Part shown: positions 29,350 through 38,119 of the stretch, one piece after another
How the letters are laid out: every line of letters begins with the position of its first letter
How positions within the stretch are numbered: the first letter of the stretch is position 1
From: Bacteroidaceae bacterium
GTDB lineage: Bacteria > Bacteroidota > Bacteroidia > Bacteroidales > Bacteroidaceae
Reading direction: 5' to 3'
DNA: 56,689 bases
Assembly: GCA_045131955.1 (NCBI GenBank)
Contig: JBGURN010000196.1
Location: forward strand, 1 to 56,689
Notes under the pieces: model-generated
Seen by the model: the letters and a program-made list of their open reading frames with translations, nothing else
Told to the model about the DNA's origin: nothing
Databases searched by the model: none
Translations under genes and position numbers: made by a program

Positions 29350-30705
29350 TCAGCGTTTAATGAGTCTTGTTATGGCACCGTGCCAAACCTGACCATCCGA
29401 AGTCATTATCCAGATTCCGCCTTTGTCATCGGTCACAGCCACAGGACCGGATGCCTTGACATCAAGTCCGGCGGGAAGCTGCATGTATCGGTTCCATGAG
29501 GAGTAATCGTAAGCGTATCGGTCACAGTAATACCATGTGATACCGTTGTCATTGGACTGAACGAAACCCTTGATGCCGGGTCCCATGGCAAACAGCGCAT
29601 CGTCATACCTGAGCAGTGACATCTGCTCCGATGCCGGCAGACACAGTCCCTTCTCCTGAGGAAGGTCCATGGAGGTCCAAACGGAATCGGTGCTCAGCAT
29701 GGTCCACAGGGAGGCATAGTCTGAGTCGCTGCCCAGACCGGCAAGAACCGACCTCATGATGTTGGCATTGGTTGCCAGAGGATAGCGGTACATGACAGCA
29801 GCGGAGTCGGGGAATCCGGCCGGTAAAGCCTGCATCTCACTCCAGGAGGTCATATCGGTTGACTTGAGTATCTTGCCGTCGGTCGTTATTATCTGGAGTT
29901 CACCCAGATCATTGCCTGAACAGATCAGACTCTTTACACCAGTCCTTGAAACTGTCCAGTTCAGGGCATCGGAAGAGCTGTAGAGGCTGCCGCCGGATAC
30001 TGTAAAGAATTTGCCGCCTGCCATGGTGACGCGGGGCTGCCATCCTGCAGCAGGAACTCCTGTCAGAGTATTGGAGCCGTTCCAGTTGCCCTGGGCGATG
30101 TTACGTGAAGTCACCGCGGGATTGCCTGTCCCGTCAAGTCCGAAACAGAAGAGGGAGTCATCCCTGACAACGGCGCTCAGAGAGGAGAGAGAGGCAAAAC
30201 CTACGCTGTCCGCATTGCTCCAGAGCAAGGAGTCCGGGAACACGGTGCGTACGTTGACATCGACTTTATATCTCCTCACGTAGGAGCCGTCGGTCGACTG
30301 TATTCCGAATATGAGTTTGCGGGTAAAATCCAATGAATCGGCCATACTCCAGAGGTAGCTGTGCTCAAGGTCATCGGCATAAGTGTAGAATACAACTCCG
30401 TTTCCGTAGACGTTACAGGTCACAGCCTTGAGATTGGAACCGTAAGCCATGGAGTCTACATTGAAGATACGGTTACCCACCTGGTCTATGGTCATGGGGT
30501 ACATTACGCCGCCCTCCCTGTTATAGACCACGGTATCCCTTCCCTGAGCGTTCACGTCATGGAATCCGACGTTGTAATAACCTATTATGAATGTAGTTAT
30601 GGCTGCTTGCGGCGTTGTGGTATTTTCCTTCTCAGTGAAACAGGACACGCATGACAGTAACACTGCAAGCATAAGTATATGACGGCCTTTCATCAGTCGG
30701 TGCAT
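29350..30705 (-). CDS. hypothetical lipoprotein (Trp/Ser/Gly-rich repeats, possibly beta-propeller-like)
   Basis: Lipobox LLSCVSC. The start is limited to ATG 30705 or 30693 by the -7 box at 30720-30727. I recognise no catalytic motif. Confidence 0.6.
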   Translation of the reverse strand: MHRLMKGRHILMLAVLLSCVSCFTEKENTTTPQAAITTFIIGYYNVGFHDVNAQGRDTVVYNREGGVMYPMTIDQVGNRIFNVDSMAYGSNLKAVTCNVYGNGVVFYTYADDLEHSYLWSMADSLDFTRKLIFGIQSTDGSYVRRYKVDVNVRTVFPDSLLWSNADSVGFASLSSLSAVVRDDSLFCFGLDGTGNPAVTSRNIAQGNWNGSNTLTGVPAAGWQPRVTMAGGKFFTVSGGSLYSSSDALNWTVSRTGVKSLICSGNDLGELQIITTDGKILKSTDMTSWSEMQALPAGFPDSAAVMYRYPLATNANIMRSVLAGLGSDSDYASLWTMLSTDSVWTSMDLPQEKGLCLPASEQMSLLRYDDALFAMGPGIKGFVQSNDNGITWYYCDRYAYDYSSWNRYMQLPAGLDVKASGPVAVTDDKGGIWIMTSDGQVWHGAITRLIKR

Positions 30706-30719
30706 TATTTTGATTCGTG

Positions 30720-30727
30720 CAAATTTA
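30720..30727 (-). promoter_or_regulatory. putative -7 box (TAAATTTG on the minus strand) heading the long envelope operon
   Basis: Plus-strand CAAATTTA. The eight closely packed minus-strand genes downstream run from the lipoprotein gene to murI. Confidence 0.45.
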
Positions 30728-30841
30728 ACAACAAAATCCATAGGGGCGCCTGTAATAATGTTGTTTTATATTAAAGATTGGGCATATCGGCCAATATTTA
30801 GTAACTTCGCGGCATTGAAAACTAAAGACAAACACATAGCT

Positions 30842-31474
30842 ATGGATAATATCAAGACACAGGTGGCCCGTGAGCTTCTGCGCATAGAGGCCGTCAAAGT
30901 TCAGCCCGACGCCCCCTTTACCTGGGCATCAGGCTGGCGTTCACCGTTTTACTGTGATAACCGCAAGGCTCTCTCGTTCCCTGAGGTAAGAACCCTGGTA
31001 CGTGACTCCCTCTGCAATGTAATTACCCGTGATTTCCCCGATTTTGACGTTATAGCAGGTGTGGCCACAGGAGCTATTGCCCAGGGCGCACTGGTTGCCG
31101 ACAGGATGGGCAAGCCTTTCGTTTACGTACGTTCGGCACCCAAGGACCACGGACTGGCAAACCTGATTGAGGGTTACCTGCCCACCGGTAGCCGCGTGAT
31201 GGTTGTTGAGGATCTGGTATCAACCGGTCTGAGCAGCCTCAAGGCAGTTGAAGCTATACGTAACGCCGGATGTGAGGTTGTAGGAATGGTTGCCTCATTC
31301 ACTTACGGATTCCCCGTAGCCGAGGAGGCTTTCCAGAAAGCAGGAGTAAAACTCTCCACCCTTACAGACTATCCCGCCATGCTTGAGACGGCAGTAACTT
31401 CAGGATACATCAAGGTTGACAGCCTGCCCACACTCAACGAGTGGAGACAGAACCCGTCAGAATGGGGCAAATAA
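30842..31474 (+). CDS. pyrE: orotate phosphoribosyltransferase
   Basis: Starts at MDNIKTQVARELL. It has the PRPP-binding motif VMVVEDLVSTGLSS, and WRSPFYCDNR is typical of PyrE. Confidence 0.9.
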   Translation: MDNIKTQVARELLRIEAVKVQPDAPFTWASGWRSPFYCDNRKALSFPEVRTLVRDSLCNVITRDFPDFDVIAGVATGAIAQGALVADRMGKPFVYVRSAPKDHGLANLIEGYLPTGSRVMVVEDLVSTGLSSLKAVEAIRNAGCEVVGMVASFTYGFPVAEEAFQKAGVKLSTLTDYPAMLETAVTSGYIKVDSLPTLNEWRQNPSEWGK

Positions 31475-31477
31475 CCG

Positions 31478-31903
31478 ATGAAAAGGATAGAAAGCAGCAT
31501 AAAGCAGATTCCGTATTCACAGGAGCAGGTATATGCCAAGGTCTCTGACCTGAGTAACCTCAAGACCCTCCTGGAACGGATACCGGAGGATAAGAGACAG
31601 GGGTTCAACCTGGAGGATCTGGAGTGCACACCTGACAGGGTGAGCGCATCGGCCCAGCCTGTAGGAAAGATTGAGATAACCATCGTGTCACGTGACCCGT
31701 TCAAGTGCGTCAAGATGGAGTCCACCCAGTCTCCCATTAAGCTGTTCATGTGGATTCAGATCGTATCCACCGGTGAAAACAGCTGCAAGATCAAACTCAC
31801 GGTCGATGCCGACCTGAACATATTCATGGCCAAGATGGTTGAGAAACCCTTGACACAAGCAATAGACAAACTGGCTGACTTGTTGGCCGCCATACCCTAT
31901 TAA
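31478..31903 (+). CDS. SRPBCC/START-like small protein (function unknown)
   Basis: 141 aa with a helix-grip-like pattern, located between pyrE and argH. The assignment is by general resemblance only. Confidence 0.45.
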   Translation: MKRIESSIKQIPYSQEQVYAKVSDLSNLKTLLERIPEDKRQGFNLEDLECTPDRVSASAQPVGKIEITIVSRDPFKCVKMESTQSPIKLFMWIQIVSTGENSCKIKLTVDADLNIFMAKMVEKPLTQAIDKLADLLAAIPY

Positions 31904-31914
31904 ACCCTACTATT

Positions 31915-33252
31915 ATGAAACCTATCTGGGATAAGGGAAAACCCGTAAACGAACTGATTCAGAAGTACACCGTAGGACGTGACCGCGAGATGGATCTCAT
32001 GCTCGCCAAGTATGACGTCCAGGGCTCGCTGGCCCACATCACCATGCTCGAATCCATCGGTCTTCTTGAGGCCGATGAACTCAAGGCTCTCTCCTCCGGT
32101 CTCAAGGACCTTCTGCCCATAATTGAACGCGGAGAGTTCGTGATTGAGGACGGCGTGGAGGATGTACATTCTCAGGTTGAACTCATGCTCACCCGCCAGC
32201 TCGGCGATATGGGCAAGAAGATACACAGCGGCCGTTCACGTAACGACCAGGTGTTGGTAGACCTCAAACTCTTTACCCGTGACCGTCTGCGTACGATAGT
32301 TGGCTCCGTCAAGAGTCTGTTCGATATCCTCATAAAGCAGAGTGAAAAGTACAAGAACGTGCTCCTGCCGGGTTACACCCATCTTCAGATTGCCATGCCC
32401 TCGTCATTCGGGCTCTGGTTCGGCGCCTATGCCGAGGCCCTGACCGATGACATGCTGCTTCTGCGCGCCGCCTTTGACCAGGCCAACCGCAACCCGCTGG
32501 GTTCGGCTGCAGGATACGGATCGTCATTCCCGCTCAAGCGCCAGATGACCACTAACCTGCTCGGTTTCGAATCAATGAACTACAATGTGGTATATGCCCA
32601 GATGACACGCGGCAAGATGGAACGTAACGTAGCATACGCGCTTGCATCGGTCGCCGCCACCATAAGCCGTCTGGCCTTTGACGCCTGCATGTACAACAGT
32701 CAGAATTTCGGGTTCATAAAACTGCCCGATGACTGCACTACAGGCTCCAGCATCATGCCGCACAAGAAGAACCCCGACGTATTCGAGCTCACCAGGGCCA
32801 AGTGCAACCGTCTCCAGGCCATTCCTCAGGAGATCACTCTCATGACAAACAACCTGCCCAGCGGCTATTTCCGCGACATGCAGCTTGTAAAGGAGGTATT
32901 CCTGCCCGCATTCCAGGAGCTGGAGGAGATCATAACCATGACAGCCTATATGCTCGACCACATCAAGGTACGCGAGGATATCCTGTCCGATCCCAAATAT
33001 GATGCCATATTCAGCGTAGAGGAGGTGAACCGTCTGGCCCGCGAGGGTATGCCTTTCCGCGACGCCTACCGCAAGGTGGGAGCCGATATCGAGAACGGCA
33101 GCTTCAAGCCCGACCATAACATACACCACACTCACGAGGGTAGCATAGGCAACCTCTGCAACGACCGCATAACCGAGCGTATGGAGACTCTCACCGCTCA
33201 GTTCCCGTTCCTTAGGATAGACCAGGCAATCGACAAGCTTACCTCCAGGTAA
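31915..33252 (+). CDS. argH: argininosuccinate lyase
   Basis: 445 aa with the fumarate-lyase signature GSSIMPHKKNPD and other ASL-like blocks (HSGRSRNDQV, GYTHLQIAMP). Confidence 0.93.
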   Translation: MKPIWDKGKPVNELIQKYTVGRDREMDLMLAKYDVQGSLAHITMLESIGLLEADELKALSSGLKDLLPIIERGEFVIEDGVEDVHSQVELMLTRQLGDMGKKIHSGRSRNDQVLVDLKLFTRDRLRTIVGSVKSLFDILIKQSEKYKNVLLPGYTHLQIAMPSSFGLWFGAYAEALTDDMLLLRAAFDQANRNPLGSAAGYGSSFPLKRQMTTNLLGFESMNYNVVYAQMTRGKMERNVAYALASVAATISRLAFDACMYNSQNFGFIKLPDDCTTGSSIMPHKKNPDVFELTRAKCNRLQAIPQEITLMTNNLPSGYFRDMQLVKEVFLPAFQELEEIITMTAYMLDHIKVREDILSDPKYDAIFSVEEVNRLAREGMPFRDAYRKVGADIENGSFKPDHNIHHTHEGSIGNLCNDRITERMETLTAQFPFLRIDQAIDKLTSR

Positions 33253-33269
33253 GTAACCTGTATCTGCCC

Positions 33270-33794
33270 ATGAAAAGGTGTTTTATACTGGCGTTGTTCC
33301 TCATGTTCGCTACAGCCTGCGAGAGGAACAGCTATACCCTGTATTCACGCAGATACCACGTATCATTCACCTGTGACATGGCGGTCTCACCTTATAACCA
33401 GCTCTCTACTCCGGGCCGTTTCATCTCCATAAGAAAGATCAAGAGTGACAACGAATGCAAACTGCATATGGTTGACTCCGACGGAGCCAAATTCGACCAG
33501 GAGCTCGATGCCAGACAGGACGCCCTGTTTGACCTGGGTCTTTGCGGTCTTATAATGGGAACGCCGCTGTTTGATAATGACAGTTTCTCGGTATGGGCCT
33601 TTGACCTGGGCTGCCCCGAGTGTGACCAGGCCGACGTAAGACTCACCTTTGACCAGCAGGGGAACGCGTCATGCGCCAAATGCGGCGGCATATGGGCTCT
33701 CAATACCGACGGTGTATCCACCAACGGAAAGAAAAGGCCTCTGTTCCGATATCCGGTGGCTCGCAACAACGGAGTCCTGACAGTTGCCAACTGA
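33270..33794 (+). CDS. hypothetical lipoprotein with a CxxC..CxxC zinc-ribbon-like motif
   Basis: Lipobox FATAC, plus GCPECDQ..(17 aa)..CAKCGG near the C-terminus. Confidence 0.55.
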   Translation: MKRCFILALFLMFATACERNSYTLYSRRYHVSFTCDMAVSPYNQLSTPGRFISIRKIKSDNECKLHMVDSDGAKFDQELDARQDALFDLGLCGLIMGTPLFDNDSFSVWAFDLGCPECDQADVRLTFDQQGNASCAKCGGIWALNTDGVSTNGKKRPLFRYPVARNNGVLTVAN

Positions 33795-33821
33795 CCCCGA
33801 CATCCAAATACAAGGCATAAA

Positions 33822-33850
33822 AAAACCGACCCCTGAGGGCCGGTTTTCTT
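33822..33850. terminator. bidirectional rho-independent terminator between the lipoprotein gene and the esterase gene
   Basis: AAAACCGACCC-ctga-GGGCCGGTTTT (one mismatch), flanked by an A-run upstream and a T-run downstream. Confidence 0.7.
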
Positions 33851-33869
33851 TTTGTATTTACCGATGGAA

Positions 33870-35444
33870 TCAATAATCCAGCTTGGTGATAGGCTGACCT
33901 ATCTCTGAAGCCTCGGCATTGTTGGCATCGAGCTTGAAGATCATGAAGTTGGGCTCGTCCTTGGTGCAGGGCTTCCACTCGCCGCCGTCCTTACCGTTAG
34001 GATCGCCGTACTTGCAGAAGTTGGTCCAGGCGGTCAGCATCTTCTCTGACAGATCCCAGTCACCCTTGGTCCAAGGTCTCCAGCAGTGCTGCAGTGACTT
34101 GAATACAAACCAGAGGTCTGATGAGTGGAATGCGCCGCTCAGTCTCTGTGTAACCTCAGGATGTGAGCCGTCATCGGGCAGAGGACGGGCAAACTCATAA
34201 GCCCATGCCTTGTTACCCTTCTCCTCGCGGTTCTTGCAGAACTCGGCGATACCTGCTGACATGTTACCCATATCATTCAGGGTGTAACCGATCATATAGG
34301 GAACATCGGCAAGAGTTCCGTCGAGAGCAGCCTCGTCAAAGCTCTCCAGTGATACGTAACCGTCAACGATAGGCTGACCGGTAAAGCCGCCCTGGTTGCC
34401 TGTAGCGTTGCTGTAGATGGTAGCCAGAGAGTGGATAACCTCGGTGTCAGCGTTACGCATCTTCTGAAGTGTGTTGTAGCCGGCCCAATCCATGATAACC
34501 TTGGCATTGAACTCAGCACGCTGCAGAGCGTTCAGACCCTCGGGAGCCTGGGGAGCCTTGTAAGCAGCCAGCTTGGGAGTGTTGTTGTTTCCGCCCATGC
34601 CGCCAAAGCCGGGGAATCCACCCATACGCATGCCGCCCATGCCGCCGCGCATACCCATACCCATGCCACCGGCATTAGGAACGGTCAGACCGCCGGCGCT
34701 CATGATGATAGCCTTGTTGAACAGACCGCGTGCCAGAGGAGACTCGCAGAGTGTACGTACGCTACCGCCACCTGCAGACTGTCCGAATATCATTACGTTA
34801 TCGGGATCACCACCGAACTGTGCGATGTTCTTCTTGATCCACTTAAGTGACTCAATCTGGTCCAGGATACCATAGTTACCTGATACTCCGTTCTCGCTCT
34901 CAGCTGACAGCTCGGGGTGTGTCATGAAACCGAATACGCCGAGACGATAGTTGATTGAAACCAGGACAACGTCCTTGCCGGCCCACTCCTGTGCATCGAA
35001 CTCAGGCTCTGAACCCCAACCCTCGCGGTAACCACCACCGTGTATCCAAAGGGCTACAGGCAGCTTGGCGTTAACATCGCCGGGCTTCTTGGTCCATACA
35101 TTCAGATAAAGGCAATCCTCGCTGAAAGGAGCCTCATCACCGTAACCCCACTCTGTGTAGTAGCCACCCTTGAACTGGATGTGCTGATAGCTGGGATGCT
35201 CAAAACGGTTGCAAAGCTTTACGCCCTCCCAAGGAGTTACAGGCTGAGGAGCTTTCCAACGGTTCTCACGAATAGGAGCAGCTGCATAAGGAATGCCGCG
35301 GAATACGAATACGTCCTTTACACGATCTACGGTCACACCCTGAACCTGACCACCTTCGATGCTCAGAACTGGGCTGAGTTTCTCATTGCACTGGCAACTG
35401 GCCATCAAGGTCAGAATACCTGCCAAAAACAAAAGTTTTTTCAT
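33870..35444 (-). CDS. type-B carboxylesterase (para-nitrobenzyl-esterase-like) lipoprotein
   Basis: Motifs are the oxyanion WIHGGGY and the nucleophile elbow FGQSAGG. The start is set at MKKLLFLAGILTLMASC (ATG 35444). A Met/Gly-rich insertion is present. Confidence 0.85.
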   Translation of the reverse strand: MKKLLFLAGILTLMASCQCNEKLSPVLSIEGGQVQGVTVDRVKDVFVFRGIPYAAAPIRENRWKAPQPVTPWEGVKLCNRFEHPSYQHIQFKGGYYTEWGYGDEAPFSEDCLYLNVWTKKPGDVNAKLPVALWIHGGGYREGWGSEPEFDAQEWAGKDVVLVSINYRLGVFGFMTHPELSAESENGVSGNYGILDQIESLKWIKKNIAQFGGDPDNVMIFGQSAGGGSVRTLCESPLARGLFNKAIIMSAGGLTVPNAGGMGMGMRGGMGGMRMGGFPGFGGMGGNNNTPKLAAYKAPQAPEGLNALQRAEFNAKVIMDWAGYNTLQKMRNADTEVIHSLATIYSNATGNQGGFTGQPIVDGYVSLESFDEAALDGTLADVPYMIGYTLNDMGNMSAGIAEFCKNREEKGNKAWAYEFARPLPDDGSHPEVTQRLSGAFHSSDLWFVFKSLQHCWRPWTKGDWDLSEKMLTAWTNFCKYGDPNGKDGGEWKPCTKDEPNFMIFKLDANNAEASEIGQPITKLDY

Positions 35445-35512
35445 AATGTGAATATTGGTTTGAGATAATGATGTATCCTTTTTGTTGAGTCCTGTGTTTA
35501 AAGAAACGCTCA

Positions 35513-35520
35513 CAAATGTA
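35513..35520 (-). promoter_or_regulatory. putative -7 box (TACATTTG on the minus strand) for the esterase gene
   Basis: Plus-strand CAAATGTA, 68 nt upstream of the ATG at 35444. Confidence 0.4.
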
Positions 35521-35593
35521 ATGTATTTTATCAGTTGTTAATTTTATTACACCTATTTTTTCCCTAATTCTTTGGAAATCGCCCAAAACCCCG

Positions 35594-35601
35594 TACTTTT
35601 G
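35594..35601 (+). promoter_or_regulatory. putative -7 box TACTTTTG upstream of tRNA-Leu
   Basis: Exact TAnnTTTG, 16 nt before tRNA position 1. Confidence 0.5.
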
Positions 35602-35617
35602 CAACCGCATTCTGCAA

Positions 35618-35702
35618 GCTCGAATGGTGGAATGGTAGACACGAGGGACTTAAAATCCCTTGGCCTTTATCGGCTGTGCGGGTTCGAGTCCCGCTTCGAG
35701 CA
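35618..35702 (+). tRNA. tRNA-Leu (anticodon UAA), class II with a long variable arm; CCA not encoded
   Basis: Acceptor stem GCTCGAA/TTCGAGC, anticodon stem AGGGA/TCCCT with loop CTTAAAA (anticodon TAA at 35651-35653), a long variable arm, and T-arm GCGGG-TTCGAGT-CCCGC. Confidence 0.9.
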
Positions 35703-35719
35703 CAGGTGGACATGGAATC

Positions 35720-36472
35720 ATGATTACTTCAAGAATTTCCAAACCGGCATCATTTCTTCTGCTCACCTCCATTCTTGTGAGCCCTGTCCGGGCTGAAGAT
35801 TTCAATTTCAATCTTTACATCAACGTAGGTTTCATCAAGGTCCAGTCGGGTACGGCCAGGATTTTTGATACCGATGTGACCTACAACGGCCGCAGCGCCG
35901 TACGTACCGCCATGGAAATGTCGACCGGAGCCAAGGCCGACAAGATATACTCCATACGTGACACCGTAGAATCATACAGCACCAGGGATGGTGAGAGCCT
36001 TTACTTCCGCAAGTCAGTCAACGAGGGCGAGAAGAAAGTAGTGGAGACAGCCGTCTATTCCAAGGATAAAGGCCGTTTCATCGTAAATATGAAGAAACTG
36101 AGCCTGCCCGACAAAAGGGATCTGGGTCATGCCACGGAGTGGAGGGAGAGCAGGATTTACGACCTTATGAGCATGCTCAATTATGCACGTAAGATCGATA
36201 CATCCGGTTCCGAGCCGGGCCGCACGGAGACGCTGCCCATGGTAAACGGCGACATGGTGGTCCAGCAGTATCTGGTATACACCGGCAACAAGACCATAAA
36301 GGCCGATGACGGCAGACAGTACGACTGTATGATAATATCGGTCCGTGACTACAAGGAGGGCAAGGAGCGTGAGACTCTTAAAGCCTACGTCACCAATGAT
36401 GCATATCACAAGCCCATCCAACTGGAAATACCGGTGGGAACGGGCATTTCAATAAGAGCTTTACTTAAATGA
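35720..36472 (+). CDS. exported hypothetical protein (DUF3108-like)
   Basis: The start is at MITSRISKPASFLLL (signal peptide); the longer track ORF starts inside the tRNA. The family name is recalled from memory. Confidence 0.55.
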   Translation: MITSRISKPASFLLLTSILVSPVRAEDFNFNLYINVGFIKVQSGTARIFDTDVTYNGRSAVRTAMEMSTGAKADKIYSIRDTVESYSTRDGESLYFRKSVNEGEKKVVETAVYSKDKGRFIVNMKKLSLPDKRDLGHATEWRESRIYDLMSMLNYARKIDTSGSEPGRTETLPMVNGDMVVQQYLVYTGNKTIKADDGRQYDCMIISVRDYKEGKERETLKAYVTNDAYHKPIQLEIPVGTGISIRALLK

Positions 36473-36476
36473 CAAT

Positions 36477-37133
36477 ATGAAACTCAGTGACAACCGCTGG
36501 CTTACGGGACGCGGATTCGGAGTTCACTCCCCGTGGGCTTATGACCTTATCGAGAACGTCATCAACGAGAAACATCCCTATTACGCATATGAGGATCTCT
36601 ATCCGTTCTGGGAGAAAGCTCCGCAGTATCTGCCGCAGTATCCGCAGAGCCGTGACGAACTGCTGTTCCGTCTGGTGAACCGTTTTAACCCTCAGTATAT
36701 ACTTGAAGTGGGTACCGGAGCCGGTGTAAGCACCGGTTATCTGGCATCGGTCTCAAGCCGCTCCCGCGTGGTTACGGTCGATGTGGCTCATCCCGCAGTG
36801 AAAGAGGTACGCAAAAACCTTAGGAAAATTCCCAATATTGAGTATATTGCAGCCGATATCCTTGATACTCTGGACAAGATCCTGGGCAGCGGTGAAATTC
36901 CGCAGTTCATCCATGTAGCCCACACCGTACTGTGGCGCGAGGTAGTGGAAAGACTCATACCCTATGCAGGACCGGATACGGTAATCGTGGTGGAGGATAT
37001 GGGCAAGAAGGAGAAAAAGGAGTGGTGGAAGGATGTCATAAATGATCCGAGAGTGGGAGTGACATTCCAGATGAAGAAACTCGGACTGCTTTTCTTTGAC
37101 AGGAAAAAAACCAAACAACACTACGTGTTATGA
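36477..37133 (+). CDS. class I SAM-dependent methyltransferase-like protein
   Basis: 218 aa with SAM motif I, ILEVGTGAGVSTGYLA. Confidence 0.6.
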   Translation: MKLSDNRWLTGRGFGVHSPWAYDLIENVINEKHPYYAYEDLYPFWEKAPQYLPQYPQSRDELLFRLVNRFNPQYILEVGTGAGVSTGYLASVSSRSRVVTVDVAHPAVKEVRKNLRKIPNIEYIAADILDTLDKILGSGEIPQFIHVAHTVLWREVVERLIPYAGPDTVIVVEDMGKKEKKEWWKDVINDPRVGVTFQMKKLGLLFFDRKKTKQHYVL

Positions 37134-37675
37134 GCAAGATATACACCCGCACAGGCGACAAGGGCACAACCAGTCTGGTTGGAGGCAAGCGTGTCAGCAA
37201 GACCGACCCGCGTCTTGAGGCTTACGGCACAATTGATGAGCTTAACTCGTTCATCGGTCTCATGCTTTCCGTAATGGACGGCAAGGCCGAGAGTGCGGAG
37301 AATATCGAATGGATTCAGCAGAAACTTTTCAACATAGGAGGCTGCCTGGCAACAGACACCTCATCATTCACGCTACCTGACAGCTGCAAGGTTCTTACCC
37401 CTGATGTAGAGCGTATGGAACAGATGATAGACCGTCTTGGAGAAGGACTCCCCGAGCAGCGCTCATTCATACTTCCAGGAGGTACCCAGGCTGCCTCTTA
37501 CGCCCATGTGGCACGCACCGTATGCCGCCGTGCCGAACGTCTCATAATAGCCCTTCCGGATACCGCCAAAGCCCCTTCAGAACTGCTTCAATTCATGAAC
37601 CGTCTATCTGATTATCTGTTTGTTCTGGCACGCCGCATAAACTATTTTTCGGGTGTTAATGAAAAAATATGGTAG
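37130..37675 (+). CDS. PduO-type ATP:cob(I)alamin adenosyltransferase
   Basis: N-terminus MSKIYTRTGDKGTTSL, plus LPGG.. and ARTVCRRAER blocks typical of the PduO/MMAB family. Its ATGA start overlaps the upstream gene. Confidence 0.88.
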   Translation: MSKIYTRTGDKGTTSLVGGKRVSKTDPRLEAYGTIDELNSFIGLMLSVMDGKAESAENIEWIQQKLFNIGGCLATDTSSFTLPDSCKVLTPDVERMEQMIDRLGEGLPEQRSFILPGGTQAASYAHVARTVCRRAERLIIALPDTAKAPSELLQFMNRLSDYLFVLARRINYFSGVNEKIW

Positions 37676-37700
37676 AACTTTTGGATTACATATTTTTTTA

Positions 37701-37708
37701 TACTTTTG
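37701..37708 (+). promoter_or_regulatory. putative -7 box TACTTTTG upstream of the DUF2795 gene
   Basis: Exact TAnnTTTG, 38 nt upstream of the ATG at 37747. Confidence 0.5.
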
Positions 37709-37746
37709 CACCCCTAAAGAAGTAAACCTTAAAACACTACAGACTT

Positions 37747-37968
37747 ATGTATTGGACATTGGAACTGGCATCCAAGCTTGAAGATGCACCCTGGCCCGCA
37801 ACCAAGGATGAACTTATTGATTACGCCGTTCGTTCAGGAGCCCCCCTTGAGGTTATAGAGAACCTTCAGGAGATAGAAGATGAGGGAGACATATATGAAA
37901 GTATTGAAGATATCTGGCCCGACTATCCCAGCAAGGAAGACTTCTTCTTTAACGAGGACGAATATTGA
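37747..37968 (+). CDS. small DUF2795-family protein
   Basis: 73 aa. WPATKDELIDYAVRSGAPLEVIENLQ resembles DUF2795 (recalled from memory). The gene has its own promoter box and terminator. Confidence 0.65.
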   Translation: MYWTLELASKLEDAPWPATKDELIDYAVRSGAPLEVIENLQEIEDEGDIYESIEDIWPDYPSKEDFFFNEDEY

Positions 37969-38001
37969 CTTCCACTTTTGATTAAATCCTTACACCATAT
38001 C

Positions 38002-38030
38002 CTCCCCCCTTTACCGGGGGGAGTTTTTTT
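38002..38030 (+). terminator. rho-independent terminator of the DUF2795 gene
   Basis: CTCCCCCC / GGGGGGAG 8-bp stem, 6-nt loop, then T7. Confidence 0.85.
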
Positions 38031-38074
38031 GTTACTTTTTTACCGATTGACATCGGATTTGTTAATTAATTATG

Positions 38075-38082
38075 TAAGTTTG
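38075..38082 (+). promoter_or_regulatory. putative -7 box TAAGTTTG upstream of the FISUMP/Big_2 lipoprotein gene
   Basis: Exact TAnnTTTG, 37 nt upstream of the ATG at 38120. Confidence 0.45.
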
Positions 38083-38119
38083 GAACTTTGACAGGAGTAG
38101 AATTTACAATAGTTAGCAT

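Noticed and set aside
35660-35719. Extended N-terminus of the DUF3108-like ORF (track start 35660)
   Set aside because: The extension lies inside the tRNA-Leu gene. A signal peptide begins at the internal ATG at 35720.
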